DNA of 64,000 nt from an uncultured bacterium (GCA_903839725.1 CAIMDG010000002.1:135739-199738); one strand, 5' to 3'. Positions 41,472-52,704 are shown, counted from the first letter of the stretch. A program made the numbers and translations. The notes: generated by a model not told the origin, from the sequence alone.

Positions 41472-42551
41472 CTAGGTCCCGGAGACTGGGTTAAGAGCCC
41501 GCCAATCAACCACCTCATCTATCCGATGTTCCGCTATATAAAATAACGACATGCCCCCTCTGAGCATGGCATCAGCAGATGGATTAAGAATTGGCGCCGA
41601 TTCACACGACTGATCAGTTGTGTATCCAATAGCAATTGCTCGGTATTCCCCGTTGAAAATAGCGAGCACCTGACCAAACGGAATCGGCTGAACAAAGTCT
41701 GGAATGTTGATCCGGAAGTTCGTGCCCGGATGATTGATGCTCACAAGTTCCCGAATGAGCTGCGTCGAACCAGGATTGAGCGTTGCCTGAGCGATCAATG
41801 AAGACCTCAATGAAGTGACGCATTCAATGTGCGGATTGACCGCCTTGATGAAGCGCGCATATTCATGCTTCTCCAGATACACCACTATGTGGGCATCTTT
41901 GCGAGCCTTACTGTTAGCGACGATCGTTACCGCCACTGTTCGCTCATCAAGTTCGTGACCGCTAATAACAATGGTTTTCGCAGTAGACACGCAGGCCCGT
42001 TCGAGCACTTCATCCTCCGACGTATCTCCTTGAACAAACTCGACCATCCCCGGAAAAGGATTTTCCGTCACATGCCGAGTAACTAACACTATTGAATGAT
42101 TCCCGATATGGTCAGACACTAATTGTCTAACGAGGTCACCAGTTTCCCGTGGCCGATATCCGAGTAAAACAATATGATCTTTCATCTTTAATCTCACCAG
42201 ACCTTTCTTCTTTGTTTGGAATTTCTCGTGGACAACAGCGAGTGACTTGCACATGGTGGAGATAAAAAATAATCCCCCACCAAAGAAGCTCACCAATGCT
42301 GTTAAACGTCCACCAATTGTTGTGGGAGAATACCCACTATAACCACCTCGCATAACATCGTTCACGAAATACCACCAGTAAACTGATGGCGAAACAATGC
42401 TTGCGTGCGGCTCAAAATGTTCAACTGCAACCCACCCTCCAAAAAAGGAAGTGAGAAACAGAATCACGAGGTATCTCCATTTCAGGTTGATGACGAGGCT
42501 GTACACCACGTCAATAAATTTTCCTTGCACATTTTTCCTTTCATTTTTCAA
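41472..42551 (-). CDS. 2-TM ion-channel-like protein with RCK/TrkA-N domain and degenerate filter
   Basis: TM-pore-TM + DHIVLLG...FVQGD...LERA; pore reads MRGGYSG. Confidence 0.75.
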   Translation of the reverse strand: MKNERKNVQGKFIDVVYSLVINLKWRYLVILFLTSFFGGWVAVEHFEPHASIVSPSVYWWYFVNDVMRGGYSGYSPTTIGGRLTALVSFFGGGLFFISTMCKSLAVVHEKFQTKKKGLVRLKMKDHIVLLGYRPRETGDLVRQLVSDHIGNHSIVLVTRHVTENPFPGMVEFVQGDTSEDEVLERACVSTAKTIVISGHELDERTVAVTIVANSKARKDAHIVVYLEKHEYARFIKAVNPHIECVTSLRSSLIAQATLNPGSTQLIRELVSINHPGTNFRINIPDFVQPIPFGQVLAIFNGEYRAIAIGYTTDQSCESAPILNPSADAMLRGGMSLFYIAEHRIDEVVDWRALNPVSGT

Positions 42552-42658
42552 GGTCCTACTACCCTTGCATTAAAAAACACAATAACATAGATATGTATTA
42601 TTGTAAAGATATAGAAAAGGGCGGTCGCAAGCGACCGCCCTGTGATAGAGACGTGTGA

Positions 42659-44272
42659 TCAATTCGACTTCCAAACCACACTCAGGTTGGAACGGACCGT
42701 TCCTTCCCAGCTCGTAACGTCGTGCGGGTTGACCCAGACAACGTTTTTGTAGAGCGCATCCGTCAGCGTCAGGTCCGGGGTGCTCCCCGCAATGAAACCC
42801 TTCTGGCCAGCGTGTTTTTTGTCCTTGTAGGTCACCACGGTGGTGAGCCAGAAAAAACGCCGTTTACCATCAATGTCCCTGACCCAGGGCCGGTTCTCGA
42901 CAGGCCTCGACTGTTCCCAGTCATACTGCTTGCGAGACTCCATGACCTTCGGAGGGATGGCACTCACACCGGTGAGTGCCTCATTGATTTTGTAATGCTG
43001 GTAGACACGCATCGGACCGATGCCGTCAGCCGGGACGAACATGCTTGTATTCAAACCCTGCTTGGTGTCGTGATACGGCTCCAAGGCGAAGTAGTGATAC
43101 AGCTTGTTCTCCGGCGAACCTTCCCGTTCAAAGCGAAAAAACGCCGTGAAGGGTTGATCGTTTTCATCACTCGGCAAATCCGGAATACGAATGTCTCCCT
43201 TGTGATACAAGGGCATCGGCGAGAAAAATCCCGCTTGGAACCGTAGCGACGCCGCAGCATACCGCGACACTTCATACGGCAGATTGTTCTGCCGCAGAAG
43301 GAACGGATGCTTGTGAATGTCAGCTGGAGAAATCCATTCCCCGTCGCCGACAAACCAGCTCTTGATCATTGCCCAAAGGGTGTCGTCTCCCTGACGAATA
43401 ACTTGGACACCACCGAATTCGGGCCAGACAAAGATGAGTCCCTTCCAGTGGATGAGCGAAACTACCTCGATCCAGTTGCCATTGTCGTCCTGAATGAACT
43501 TGATGTCGCGTGGACTGCATGAGAAGAACCTGAGAAGTCCCAACGAACGGATCGTCGAAACATCAGTATTTTTTCCCATAAGCAGATCTTCGCCGACCCT
43601 GAATGAGACCGGCACACGGTTTTGCCCAGAAAAATTCGGGCTCGCCGCAAGACCAGAAACATCCATGATTTCTTTTATGTGTCCGAAGAAGGACGGAATC
43701 GAATACGCTGGCTCGATAGCCATAGACCAACGGAACTCTTCTTTCCCGTTGTTGACGATCCGGACAAAGTCCGGCGTCGACACGCGTTCGACTTCCTTCA
43801 TTGCCTCACCGCCGAGGACCCGAATCGAATTGAGCGGTTGAATCCGCTCATGATCCGTAGTTGGCAATGTTGTGATGAAGGTTGGCTTCATCGAATGGTA
43901 ACGCAGGTAGAGCGTGATATACCTGAGTGGCGGCAACTCCATTTCGAGATGCGACACAACTCCGATAGTGGCAATCGCGATGACCGCGAAGACCAGCTTC
44001 CATTTACGACGAACCCACGCTGCGCAGAATGCCCATCCAATGATCAGCACCGAAATACATTCAGGACTGTGGACGCGGGCAATGACGATGTAGGGTTGCC
44101 AGTAAGCCCGAAAAACAAACGTCAACCATATGACCGTAGCCATGAGGATGAACGCTGCCTTGCGATGCCGACCTGACCACCCCTGAAACCGTGTTATTGA
44201 ATTACGCACCAGCCAATACAGCCAGCCGTGTTCCTTTTCGATTGGAACAGAATCTTTATTTTCTGGATCCAT
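42659..44272 (-). CDS. Hypothetical membrane-anchored protein
   Basis: Three N-terminal TMs then large soluble domain; 20 bp after 44293-44889. Confidence 0.65.
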   Translation of the reverse strand: MDPENKDSVPIEKEHGWLYWLVRNSITRFQGWSGRHRKAAFILMATVIWLTFVFRAYWQPYIVIARVHSPECISVLIIGWAFCAAWVRRKWKLVFAVIAIATIGVVSHLEMELPPLRYITLYLRYHSMKPTFITTLPTTDHERIQPLNSIRVLGGEAMKEVERVSTPDFVRIVNNGKEEFRWSMAIEPAYSIPSFFGHIKEIMDVSGLAASPNFSGQNRVPVSFRVGEDLLMGKNTDVSTIRSLGLLRFFSCSPRDIKFIQDDNGNWIEVVSLIHWKGLIFVWPEFGGVQVIRQGDDTLWAMIKSWFVGDGEWISPADIHKHPFLLRQNNLPYEVSRYAAASLRFQAGFFSPMPLYHKGDIRIPDLPSDENDQPFTAFFRFEREGSPENKLYHYFALEPYHDTKQGLNTSMFVPADGIGPMRVYQHYKINEALTGVSAIPPKVMESRKQYDWEQSRPVENRPWVRDIDGKRRFFWLTTVVTYKDKKHAGQKGFIAGSTPDLTLTDALYKNVVWVNPHDVTSWEGTVRSNLSVVWKSN

Positions 44273-44292
44273 AATTCCTTTCAGTTGGCGCG

Positions 44293-44889
44293 TTAGCGCT
44301 TTTGAGTGAATTCCTTGATTCGATCTTCCGGGGATTTCCGCGGTTGCACCGGAATAACCGGAGCAGGTGCAGGAGCAGGAGTTGGTGGCGGTGTGCTTTT
44401 AGCATCCGACGATCCGTTACCATTATTCTGTGCCGCCGCTGTTCGTTTCTCGATCTCTTCATCAATTCTGTCACCAATTTTGTAAGCAATTTTACGCTTA
44501 TCCCATAATGGCCAGACGAAGTAACCGATAGCGAAGCCGAAGACCATCGCCGGAATTTCCACGAACCAAAGCACGAGCTCGACGAAAGCGTTCGAATGAA
44601 ATCCTGTGAAGTAAAACATTCCCAAGGTTTGCACTGTCGAAACTATTGTCGCAATCAGGAACTTGCGTCCCGTTGATTGTCCGTAGATGAGGCCGAATGC
44701 TTTTTCAGCTGGTTTCTTGTGCGTCAGGTCGTAGATTCCTTTCGCGATGTTCTGCAGATACTGACGATCCAAGATGTAAGTCAGGATCCCGAGTCCGAAG
44801 AAGAACAGCACCCAAGAGGTGCTATACAAGCGGGTATGTTCGATAATACTATTCATATAGGTGTGTGGTTTTGGGTTGTCGAGGTTCAA
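44293..44889 (-). CDS. Hypothetical 3-TM protein with Pro-rich tail
   Basis: Hydrophobic helices, PPPTPAPAPAP tail; start uncertain. Confidence 0.6.
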   Translation of the reverse strand: MNLDNPKPHTYMNSIIEHTRLYSTSWVLFFFGLGILTYILDRQYLQNIAKGIYDLTHKKPAEKAFGLIYGQSTGRKFLIATIVSTVQTLGMFYFTGFHSNAFVELVLWFVEIPAMVFGFAIGYFVWPLWDKRKIAYKIGDRIDEEIEKRTAAAQNNGNGSSDAKSTPPPTPAPAPAPVIPVQPRKSPEDRIKEFTQKR

Positions 44890-44981
44890 CTAAATTGTTT
44901 GTTTCATGTTGAAACTCTGGCATACATATTACACATATTTGCAATATTGTCAATATTGATGCGTTGTGCTATTCTAGAGCC

Positions 44982-46088
44982 ATGAAAACAACTTCCGCAC
45001 TTATTATTGGAGAAGGACACTTGGCGAATCGCGTTACAAAATTACTCGAAACAAGAGGCTGTGCCACCACACATCTTCCTGAATATAACAACGAGGCAAT
45101 TCATACATTTACAAGAATCTTCTTGCTCGATGACAAAGATGAATACAATTTGCAGACACTCATAACCCTTATATCGTTGAAAAAAGATATTCGTATCACC
45201 ACTTCACTATTCAATGAGAATATTGCTCCTCATATACGAGCAGTACATCCACATATCGAAATATTAAATCCAGCCAAAATTGCCGCACCTTCATTTGTTG
45301 ATGCTTTATATACCTCACTTGAACATAAGCTCACCTACCAAGCTACTCCACAAGAAAATATTTCACACAACACTTCTGACAATCTCATTACTATATTGAT
45401 TGGATCATTTATTGCAGTTATTGTCGCAGCGACAATATATTTTCACATAGCAGATACTCTTCCCTGGGTTGATGCTCTCTATTTCGTTATAGCAACAGTC
45501 ACTACAGTCGGCTATGGTGATATCAATCTTCTGAATTCAAGTACGTTCAGTAAAATTATCGATATTCTTCTTCTCTTGAGTTCAATGTTCTTCGTATGGA
45601 CTATATTCTCTTTGACGATAAATCATCTCATAAAAAGTCGTGAGCGTTTGGCTCTTGGTAGAAAAACATATCCATACACAAATCACGTTATTCTGTGTGG
45701 GCTCGGCAGACTCGGATACTTCATTGCACTTGAACTTATTGCGCGAAATGAAAAGATTATTGTTATAGAAAAGAATGAGAGTTCTGCGTATGCTGAAGAT
45801 ATTCGTAATCGTGGAATCCCCGTATATGTAGGTGACGCACGAATGCCTCAAGTGTTGAAAGATGTTGCAGTGAGTCGATCGAAGGCATTTATGTCTGTGA
45901 TCAACAATGACTATACCAATCTTGAAATCGGTCTCAATGCCCGCTCATTCAAACCCGGCCTTCGTCTTATTCTCAGAATATTTAATAAAGAAACAGTACA
46001 AAAAATAAAAGAAAGTTTGGATATACATCTCGCACTGAGTATGTCAGCTGTTGCTGATGAAGTATTTGCAGATACATTGAATAAATAG
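44982..46088 (+). CDS. Potassium channel protein (RCK-pore-RCK)
   Basis: TVTTVGYGD filter; GLGRLG Rossmann motif. Confidence 0.88.
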   Translation: MKTTSALIIGEGHLANRVTKLLETRGCATTHLPEYNNEAIHTFTRIFLLDDKDEYNLQTLITLISLKKDIRITTSLFNENIAPHIRAVHPHIEILNPAKIAAPSFVDALYTSLEHKLTYQATPQENISHNTSDNLITILIGSFIAVIVAATIYFHIADTLPWVDALYFVIATVTTVGYGDINLLNSSTFSKIIDILLLLSSMFFVWTIFSLTINHLIKSRERLALGRKTYPYTNHVILCGLGRLGYFIALELIARNEKIIVIEKNESSAYAEDIRNRGIPVYVGDARMPQVLKDVAVSRSKAFMSVINNDYTNLEIGLNARSFKPGLRLILRIFNKETVQKIKESLDIHLALSMSAVADEVFADTLNK

Positions 46089-46176
46089 CAGTTTGAAGAC
46101 TCATTCAAGGAAATAGAAAAGCCCCGTCGGAAAACCGGCGGGGCTTGAATGTTACAGACGATGTCGTCTGTCTCGA

Positions 46177-48135
46177 TCACGAATGTGCTTTTTTGTAGCG
46201 CTTTTCAGCCTCTACATTGACGCTGATGCGACCGACGGTCGCAGCTACATCACGCTCAAACTGAACGTTGGCGATTTGTGCCAAGGTGTCCAAATACCGC
46301 AGCGTTTCCTCGAAACGAATCGAGGCGAAGTCCAACCCTTTCATGTTGGCACGGAGGGCTTCCTTCAACATTTCGACCTTGCGGTCGTAAGGCTGCGTGT
46401 AGAACAACTTGGTGTCATCCAACCATTCGCTCGGCAAGTCGAAGTCGAAGATTCGAGCATCGATCGCAGATTGAATATTGCGAACATCGCGAGATGAGAA
46501 TCGCGGATACGATTCGCGCACATACGTGTAGAGGTGCCCGAAGAAGTCGTGTTCCGTTTTCTTCCAACCCTTGGTAGCCCGCTCAACCGCTTCGGCAATC
46601 TTCGGATCCTTGGCGACGTAAATACCACCATCTGTCTTTTGAAGCTCCGCCAAATTGTGCAGAGCCTTTTGTGCAGAGAGGTATTCATAACCCTTAGGAT
46701 CCGCCATGCCGACGAATTTCGAATCGAGCTTCGCGAGCTTGCGATGCCACATGAAGTCTTGATCGATGAAGTCCTCACGACTTTCCGCACCGTCAATCGG
46801 AAATCGAGACTGGACGCGCGAAAGCACGGCAGGATCGATGACCTCGGGCAGATTTGTGAAGAGCTCAATCACCCAATTACCGCGCTGAATGGCAGAAGCA
46901 CCTTCAGTGTTACGAAGGAATACAGAAATGACTTCCTTCACGCCCGCAGATACACCTTCGCGTGAGCGGTCCATGAAGTTATTTTCTGCATCATCAACCG
47001 GCGCATAGACGATTTTGTCGTCATCAGTCAACCGGCGCATCCAGTCTTCCATCCGTTCAGCAGAACCACCCTGGAAGGTGGAAACAACTGTTGCCGGCAT
47101 AGGCCAGAATAGGAACGGGATACTCAATCTTTCACACAACTCCTGGATCAAGGTGGCCGTCGCAGCGATCTGCAAACTTTTGCCAGTGCCAGGAAAGCCG
47201 AACCCCATCCGCGTGCCCGGGAATGAACCGAGCTCAAGAAACGGATTACGCTTGTGAATGACGTCATAGCAGCAGATCATCATCGCGAGGCGTTGAGCAT
47301 AATGCTTCGCACGCCGATTGCCGACGATGTCGCCGAAACCAACCTTGCGGAATTCGACGCTGACCGCTGCACCTTTTGACGTATTCTCGAAACCCTTGAC
47401 GATGAAGTCGGAATTTTCGAGCTTGTAGCTGACCTCGGTGAAGGGTTCGCTGAATGTCAGCGAACTTTTCTTCCCATGAATTTCATTGGTAACAGATTCG
47501 AAATACAGCAAAGCAAGCTTCACTAATTCCAAACCGTTGTTCACAATGCCGGCATCTGCTGAGCAGTAGCGAGCAAAGTAATACACCACGCTGACAAGAC
47601 CGTTTTGAGGAGTCTTATATGCAAGTTCCGGAACACCCGGAAAATCGAGTTTCATAGTCGCCACTTTATCAGCCTGATATCGTGACAATTCGTAAACGAT
47701 GTAAGACGCCGCACCGAACATTGCGATTGCAGAAGCTGTTGCTCCCTTGGCGTTGAACTCGGCCAACTGGCCATTGCCCAAGCTTTTGGAAGCATTCTGC
47801 TGTCGCATAATATCCAGGCCGGCACGTTTTTCATATTGCTGGGCCAAATAAAGTCCCATACATATGCCGTTACGAACCGTAGAGATGACAGTGTTCACCT
47901 CGGGGGTGAGAATCGCACTACTGCCACTGATTTCGTTGGCCAAGGCAAAGATACTGACCGTATCCGTGACCTGTTCTGAAGGAGGGATCGGTTTGATCGA
48001 CAGAGTTTCCCCTGAACGAATAACCGTTTTTGTAGCCCTCCACTGTGTCTGCATCATTGTTGCATCTGCCCACTTCATGAACGCCTCCATATCGGCGGAT
48101 GTAATGGGGAGATATGAGTCTGCTGCATTTGTCAT
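46177..48135 (-). CDS. AAA+ family ATPase
   Basis: Walker A GFPGTGKS, Walker B YAPVDD, TNLPE.IDPAVLSR second region of homology. Confidence 0.85.
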   Translation of the reverse strand: MTNAADSYLPITSADMEAFMKWADATMMQTQWRATKTVIRSGETLSIKPIPPSEQVTDTVSIFALANEISGSSAILTPEVNTVISTVRNGICMGLYLAQQYEKRAGLDIMRQQNASKSLGNGQLAEFNAKGATASAIAMFGAASYIVYELSRYQADKVATMKLDFPGVPELAYKTPQNGLVSVVYYFARYCSADAGIVNNGLELVKLALLYFESVTNEIHGKKSSLTFSEPFTEVSYKLENSDFIVKGFENTSKGAAVSVEFRKVGFGDIVGNRRAKHYAQRLAMMICCYDVIHKRNPFLELGSFPGTRMGFGFPGTGKSLQIAATATLIQELCERLSIPFLFWPMPATVVSTFQGGSAERMEDWMRRLTDDDKIVYAPVDDAENNFMDRSREGVSAGVKEVISVFLRNTEGASAIQRGNWVIELFTNLPEVIDPAVLSRVQSRFPIDGAESREDFIDQDFMWHRKLAKLDSKFVGMADPKGYEYLSAQKALHNLAELQKTDGGIYVAKDPKIAEAVERATKGWKKTEHDFFGHLYTYVRESYPRFSSRDVRNIQSAIDARIFDFDLPSEWLDDTKLFYTQPYDRKVEMLKEALRANMKGLDFASIRFEETLRYLDTLAQIANVQFERDVAATVGRISVNVEAEKRYKKAHS

Positions 48136-48215
48136 AAGTTAATCTTTCTTTTGGTTGAGAAAAGGGGCGGGAAGAAAACTTCCCGCCCCCAGTTTGCAAC
48201 GGCAAAACAATGCCG

Positions 48216-49625
48216 TTACGGTTTTTCGTTACCACCGCCGGGGGGCGGATTGCCGTCACCTGATGGCGGAGGAGGAGCTGAGAACAGGGAGCTTCCCGTG
48301 TTAACGCCTTCGTAACCTTCCGACATCATGGTTAGCATCGTGTCAGCGCGATCGCGTGTGCGCTTGAAGTGCTTCCTGAGCGCCTCGCAGATGACTTCGT
48401 TTTCACGAAGCAGACCCGGTTGTTCTTCCAGATCCTCCATGAGTGCATTGTCAGCCGCGACGATCGCCGCCGCACTGCGTTCCGACATGTTCCGATCGGT
48501 TGTGATACCAATCTTCTTGATCAAACCATCGAACTTTTGGTCCGCAATGGTCTGCATGTTCACCAGTGACGCCGGATACATCTTGGCGCGCTCTTCGGTG
48601 TCAGACTTGAGACGCGCAATGCGCGCCTTGTGCCGACCTTGAAGTTTGATCGCGGTGATGTGCTCCAGCTCGAGCAACTTGAGGTTCCGTTCCTTCGACT
48701 GGAAGTAGGTCAGGGCGACCTCGCGATCACTGCGGATTTGCTCCACTTGTGCCACGAGGTTCGAAATGACTTTTTCTTGAGCCGAGTAGTCCGGAGTGCC
48801 GTTGGCAAAGGTGCTGAGCGTCGCCTGCTCTGTTTCCAGGGCAGCCTCGTTCTTTTCGAGGTCAGCAGTAAGTTTCTCCATCTGCTTTGCGGCAAGTTCC
48901 TTTTCACGCAACGCCACTGTCCGGCGCTCGTCGAGAATACCGATCTGCACTTGCAGTTCTTCGACACGAACCGTCATGATTTGCACGGTCTTGTTGCTCA
49001 AGCTGACGAAGGCATCGACGGACTTCTCCATCGTTGCATCCATCAAACGTTGACGAACACGAGAGGCCATGTCAACTTCGGCCGCCGCAATCCCCTGCTG
49101 GTCGAGTTCGAGCTGCCGTTCGAGTTCGGCGGCAGCGCGATCACGAATCCCAAAGGGATTGAACCAGCTGGCTTTTTTGGATTCCAAAGCCTGTTTGGTC
49201 TTTGCGTGTTTGTTCTTGGCGTTCTGGACCAAGGCCAACTCTTCAGCGCTGGGTTCGACCAGGGCCTTGAATTGTTGGTCCATGCCTTCGGTGACCTGTT
49301 GCAAGGCTTCCATTGAGCCCGCGAAATCACGTTCATCGCGTTCGGCCTGAACCTTTACGGATTCGAATGTCGATCCCGTAATACGAGCCTGCACCGTTGC
49401 ACGATCTTGGGCACCATCCTTGATGCCTTCTTCGACGATTTCGTCGAGGCGAGCCGCCGTGCGACGACGAGTGCTTGCGACGTTTGCCCGGCTATCCGCC
49501 ATGACTTGGTTGCCCAAGTTGAGGATACCGGCCAATCCGCCACCGTCACCGTCGCCAGGGCCGCTACCATTTGTTTGGGTTGATCCAGGAGGTTTACTCC
49601 CAGGAGTTCTACGAGTTGGTGTCAT
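48216..49625 (-). CDS. Long coiled-coil protein
   Basis: Heptad-rich E/Q/K/A/L sequence with disordered Gly/Pro termini; upstream of AAA ATPase. Confidence 0.7.
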   Translation of the reverse strand: MTPTRRTPGSKPPGSTQTNGSGPGDGDGGGLAGILNLGNQVMADSRANVASTRRRTAARLDEIVEEGIKDGAQDRATVQARITGSTFESVKVQAERDERDFAGSMEALQQVTEGMDQQFKALVEPSAEELALVQNAKNKHAKTKQALESKKASWFNPFGIRDRAAAELERQLELDQQGIAAAEVDMASRVRQRLMDATMEKSVDAFVSLSNKTVQIMTVRVEELQVQIGILDERRTVALREKELAAKQMEKLTADLEKNEAALETEQATLSTFANGTPDYSAQEKVISNLVAQVEQIRSDREVALTYFQSKERNLKLLELEHITAIKLQGRHKARIARLKSDTEERAKMYPASLVNMQTIADQKFDGLIKKIGITTDRNMSERSAAAIVAADNALMEDLEEQPGLLRENEVICEALRKHFKRTRDRADTMLTMMSEGYEGVNTGSSLFSAPPPPSGDGNPPPGGGNEKP

Positions 49626-49864
49626 AATTCAATCCGTGGTTCTATGTTTGGGTTGAGAGGTTTGTGTTGCACATTCGCTTTTCAAAGGACTAAACGAACG
49701 CACTACTGGAAAAGACCATAGCAAACTTATACGCTCTTGTCAAGAGAGTCATTTACTACAGCTTTACGTCTCCCGTCGACCTCAAAAGAGGGCCTTGACA
49801 AAGCCGTATTTCTGTATAGTATGTTGATTGAGTCTCAAACCTCGAACATTACCAAAACCATATT

Positions 49865-50398
49865 ATGAAAGCACTGCTCCTCACTCGGCGCACTCGTATT
49901 CCTGCATCGATTCGTCAATGCCTGAATGCCGGTGCAAGCACATTTGTCGTCACGGAAGTTACTGGCGGTAACCATTACCAAATCGCAGAATCCATTCGAA
50001 GACACATCCGGTATTCTGCTCCGACTATTATCGCCATCGATGGCGAATATGGAGCCACCGATGCGGCAGCGTGGACTCAATTGTCAAAGCTTGATCCCGA
50101 ATCACTTCGCCTGCGCATCTTGTCAGATCAAGGTCTGCCCAAAAGTCTCGAACTTCTCAAGATCGCCCACGCCGTCAAGGGAAACTTAACCGGCGTCGTG
50201 ATCTTCATTGAAAAGCCGAGCGACACACTTCGCACCGAGCTCCGTCGCATCGGCGCACTCTGGGTCTGGCCGACGTTGAACAAGCCGACCGGTCTCGAAT
50301 CTTCATTCTACAAGATCATTACCGGTATCCACCGCTTCACCGCCGGCTTCAAAGATCTCATTGATGTCGCTGTCGGCGAAATCACCGGCAAGAAATAG
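49865..50398 (+). CDS. Hypothetical protein
   Basis: 177-aa ORF with upstream TTGACA promoter-like sequence and downstream hairpin. Confidence 0.55.
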   Translation: MKALLLTRRTRIPASIRQCLNAGASTFVVTEVTGGNHYQIAESIRRHIRYSAPTIIAIDGEYGATDAAAWTQLSKLDPESLRLRILSDQGLPKSLELLKIAHAVKGNLTGVVIFIEKPSDTLRTELRRIGALWVWPTLNKPTGLESSFYKIITGIHRFTAGFKDLIDVAVGEITGKK

Positions 50399-50532
50399 CG
50401 TCACTCATTTCCCATCATCCCTCTGGAATTTTCCGGAGGGGTTTTTATTTCACCACTATAAGAACAACAAAATATATACAAACAAAAAACACCAACCCTT
50501 TATGAGCTGGTGTTTTTTGAATAATGTAAATA

Positions 50533-52677
50533 CTATTTTCTCTTTTCAACGATAGCCTTCTCAACATTTCCTGGAACCACTTCATAGTGATCGAATTCCA
50601 TCATGGCACTTCCCTGACCTGATGTCATAGAGCGAAGTTGTGTGGTATATCCGAACATTTCTGACAATGGAACCTTGGCATGAATAGCAATCGCTTGACC
50701 ACGAGGTTCTGAACCTTCAACCTGTCCACGCTTTGAAGCAATAGAACCGTTGACGTCACCCATATACTTTTCTGGTGCGATAACTTCGAGCTTCATGATA
50801 GGTTCGAGGATAACTGGCTTCGCGCGCTTTGCAGCATCCTGGAATGCTTGTGATGCAGCGATCTTGTAGGCAATTTCTGATGAGTCAACATCGTGATACG
50901 AACCGAAAGTAAGTTCACAAGAAACATTCACCATTTTGAAACCAGCAACAATACCGCGATCGAGAGCTTCGCGAACACCCTTTTCAACTGCTGGAATGAA
51001 TTCATTTGGAATAACACCTCCCTTGATAGAGTTGATGAATTCAAAGTCATCATAACGCTTAACGTTCTTTGGAATCTTTTCACCCTCAACGAGAGGTTCC
51101 ATAGGTTTGAGGGTGAGACGGACGTGACCGTACTGACCTTTACCTCCTGTCTGCTTGATATATTTGTGTTCAGCTTCAGCAGTATTCATGATTGTCTCAC
51201 GATATGCTACCTGAGGTTCACCAACATTTGCTTCAACACCGAATTCACGCTTCATACGATCAACCATGATTTCGAGGTGGAGTTCTCCCATTCCCGAAAT
51301 AATAGTCTCGCCTGTTTCAGGGTTTGAAGTGATACGGAATGTTGGATCTTCGTTACCAAGTTTCTTCAAAGCCATACCCATTTTTTCTTGGTCAGCCTTT
51401 GTCTTTGGTTCAATGCGGAGAGAGACCACAGGTTCCATGAATTTGATAACTTCGAGAATGATAGGATTGGCTTCATCACAGAATGTGTGAGAAGTAAGAG
51501 CATCTTTCAAACCAACGGCTGCAGCAATTTCCCCCGCGAACACTTTCTTCACTTCTTCACGCTTGTCAGCCTGGAGACGAACGATACGGCCGAGACGTTC
51601 CTTCTTGCCTGTCGTAGCATTGTAAATATATGTTCCTGCTTCGATCGATCCTGAATACACACGGAAGAATGTGAGTGCTCCGACGAATGGATCGTTTTGA
51701 AGTTTGAATGCGAGAGCTGAGAAAGGTTCAGTATCAGATGCATGACGTTCGATCTCGCCTCCAGTATTTGGATCAATACCCTTGATAGCTGGCATATCGA
51801 GTGGAGATGGGAGGTAATCAACAACTGCGTCGAGAACCAACTGAACTCCAACGTTCTTCAAAGCTGAACCGGTAAAGACTGGGAAAATCTTGTTTGCAAT
51901 AACTGCTTTACGAGCAACTACTTTGAAATCTGCGATAGAAATTTCTTTACCATCAAGGAAGTTCTGCATAGCAACATCATCTGTTTCAACAACCTTTTCA
52001 ATCATTTCTGCACGATATTTCTTTGCATCTTCGAGCATATCTGCAGGAATCTCCTTTTCGATAATGTTAATACCCTTCTCACCGTCGAAGAAGTACGCCT
52101 TCATTTTCAAAAGATCAACAACACCTTCATGATTAGACTCATTTCCGATAGGAAGTTGGAAACGAACTGCATTCTTATTCAAGCGCTCAAGAATAGACTT
52201 GTATGAACGTTCGAATGATGCACCCATGCGGTCCATCTTGTTGATGAAACACAAACGAGGAACCTTGGCTTCATCGGCATAACGCCAGTTAGTCTCAGAC
52301 TGAGGTTCAACGCCGGCCACGCCGTCGAAGACCACAACCGCACCGTCGAGCACGCGGAGAGAACGCTTCACTTCTACAGTAAAGTCGATGTGTCCTGGTG
52401 TATCGATGATGTTGAAACGAACTTTCTTTGAAACATCTTCCTTGGGCATATACGAAGGATTCCAAAAACAAGTGATCGCAGCCGCAGTAATAGTAATACC
52501 GCGTTCACGTTCCTGTTCCATCCAGTCAGTAGTTGTTTCACCTTCGTGAACTTCACCAATCTTGTGGATCATACCTGTGTAATACAGGATACGTTCTGAA
52601 GTTGTAGTTTTGCCGGCATCAATGTGAGCAATGATACCGAAGTTGCGTACCTTATCGAGTGAGTAATCGCGATTCAT
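50533..52677 (-). CDS. fusA: Elongation factor G
   Basis: AHIDAGKTT, RGITI, DTPGH, NKMD. Confidence 0.99.
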   Translation of the reverse strand: MNRDYSLDKVRNFGIIAHIDAGKTTTSERILYYTGMIHKIGEVHEGETTTDWMEQERERGITITAAAITCFWNPSYMPKEDVSKKVRFNIIDTPGHIDFTVEVKRSLRVLDGAVVVFDGVAGVEPQSETNWRYADEAKVPRLCFINKMDRMGASFERSYKSILERLNKNAVRFQLPIGNESNHEGVVDLLKMKAYFFDGEKGINIIEKEIPADMLEDAKKYRAEMIEKVVETDDVAMQNFLDGKEISIADFKVVARKAVIANKIFPVFTGSALKNVGVQLVLDAVVDYLPSPLDMPAIKGIDPNTGGEIERHASDTEPFSALAFKLQNDPFVGALTFFRVYSGSIEAGTYIYNATTGKKERLGRIVRLQADKREEVKKVFAGEIAAAVGLKDALTSHTFCDEANPIILEVIKFMEPVVSLRIEPKTKADQEKMGMALKKLGNEDPTFRITSNPETGETIISGMGELHLEIMVDRMKREFGVEANVGEPQVAYRETIMNTAEAEHKYIKQTGGKGQYGHVRLTLKPMEPLVEGEKIPKNVKRYDDFEFINSIKGGVIPNEFIPAVEKGVREALDRGIVAGFKMVNVSCELTFGSYHDVDSSEIAYKIAASQAFQDAAKRAKPVILEPIMKLEVIAPEKYMGDVNGSIASKRGQVEGSEPRGQAIAIHAKVPLSEMFGYTTQLRSMTSGQGSAMMEFDHYEVVPGNVEKAIVEKRK

Positions 52678-52704
52678 ATAATCTTAAAAATTAAATATTA
52701 AATC

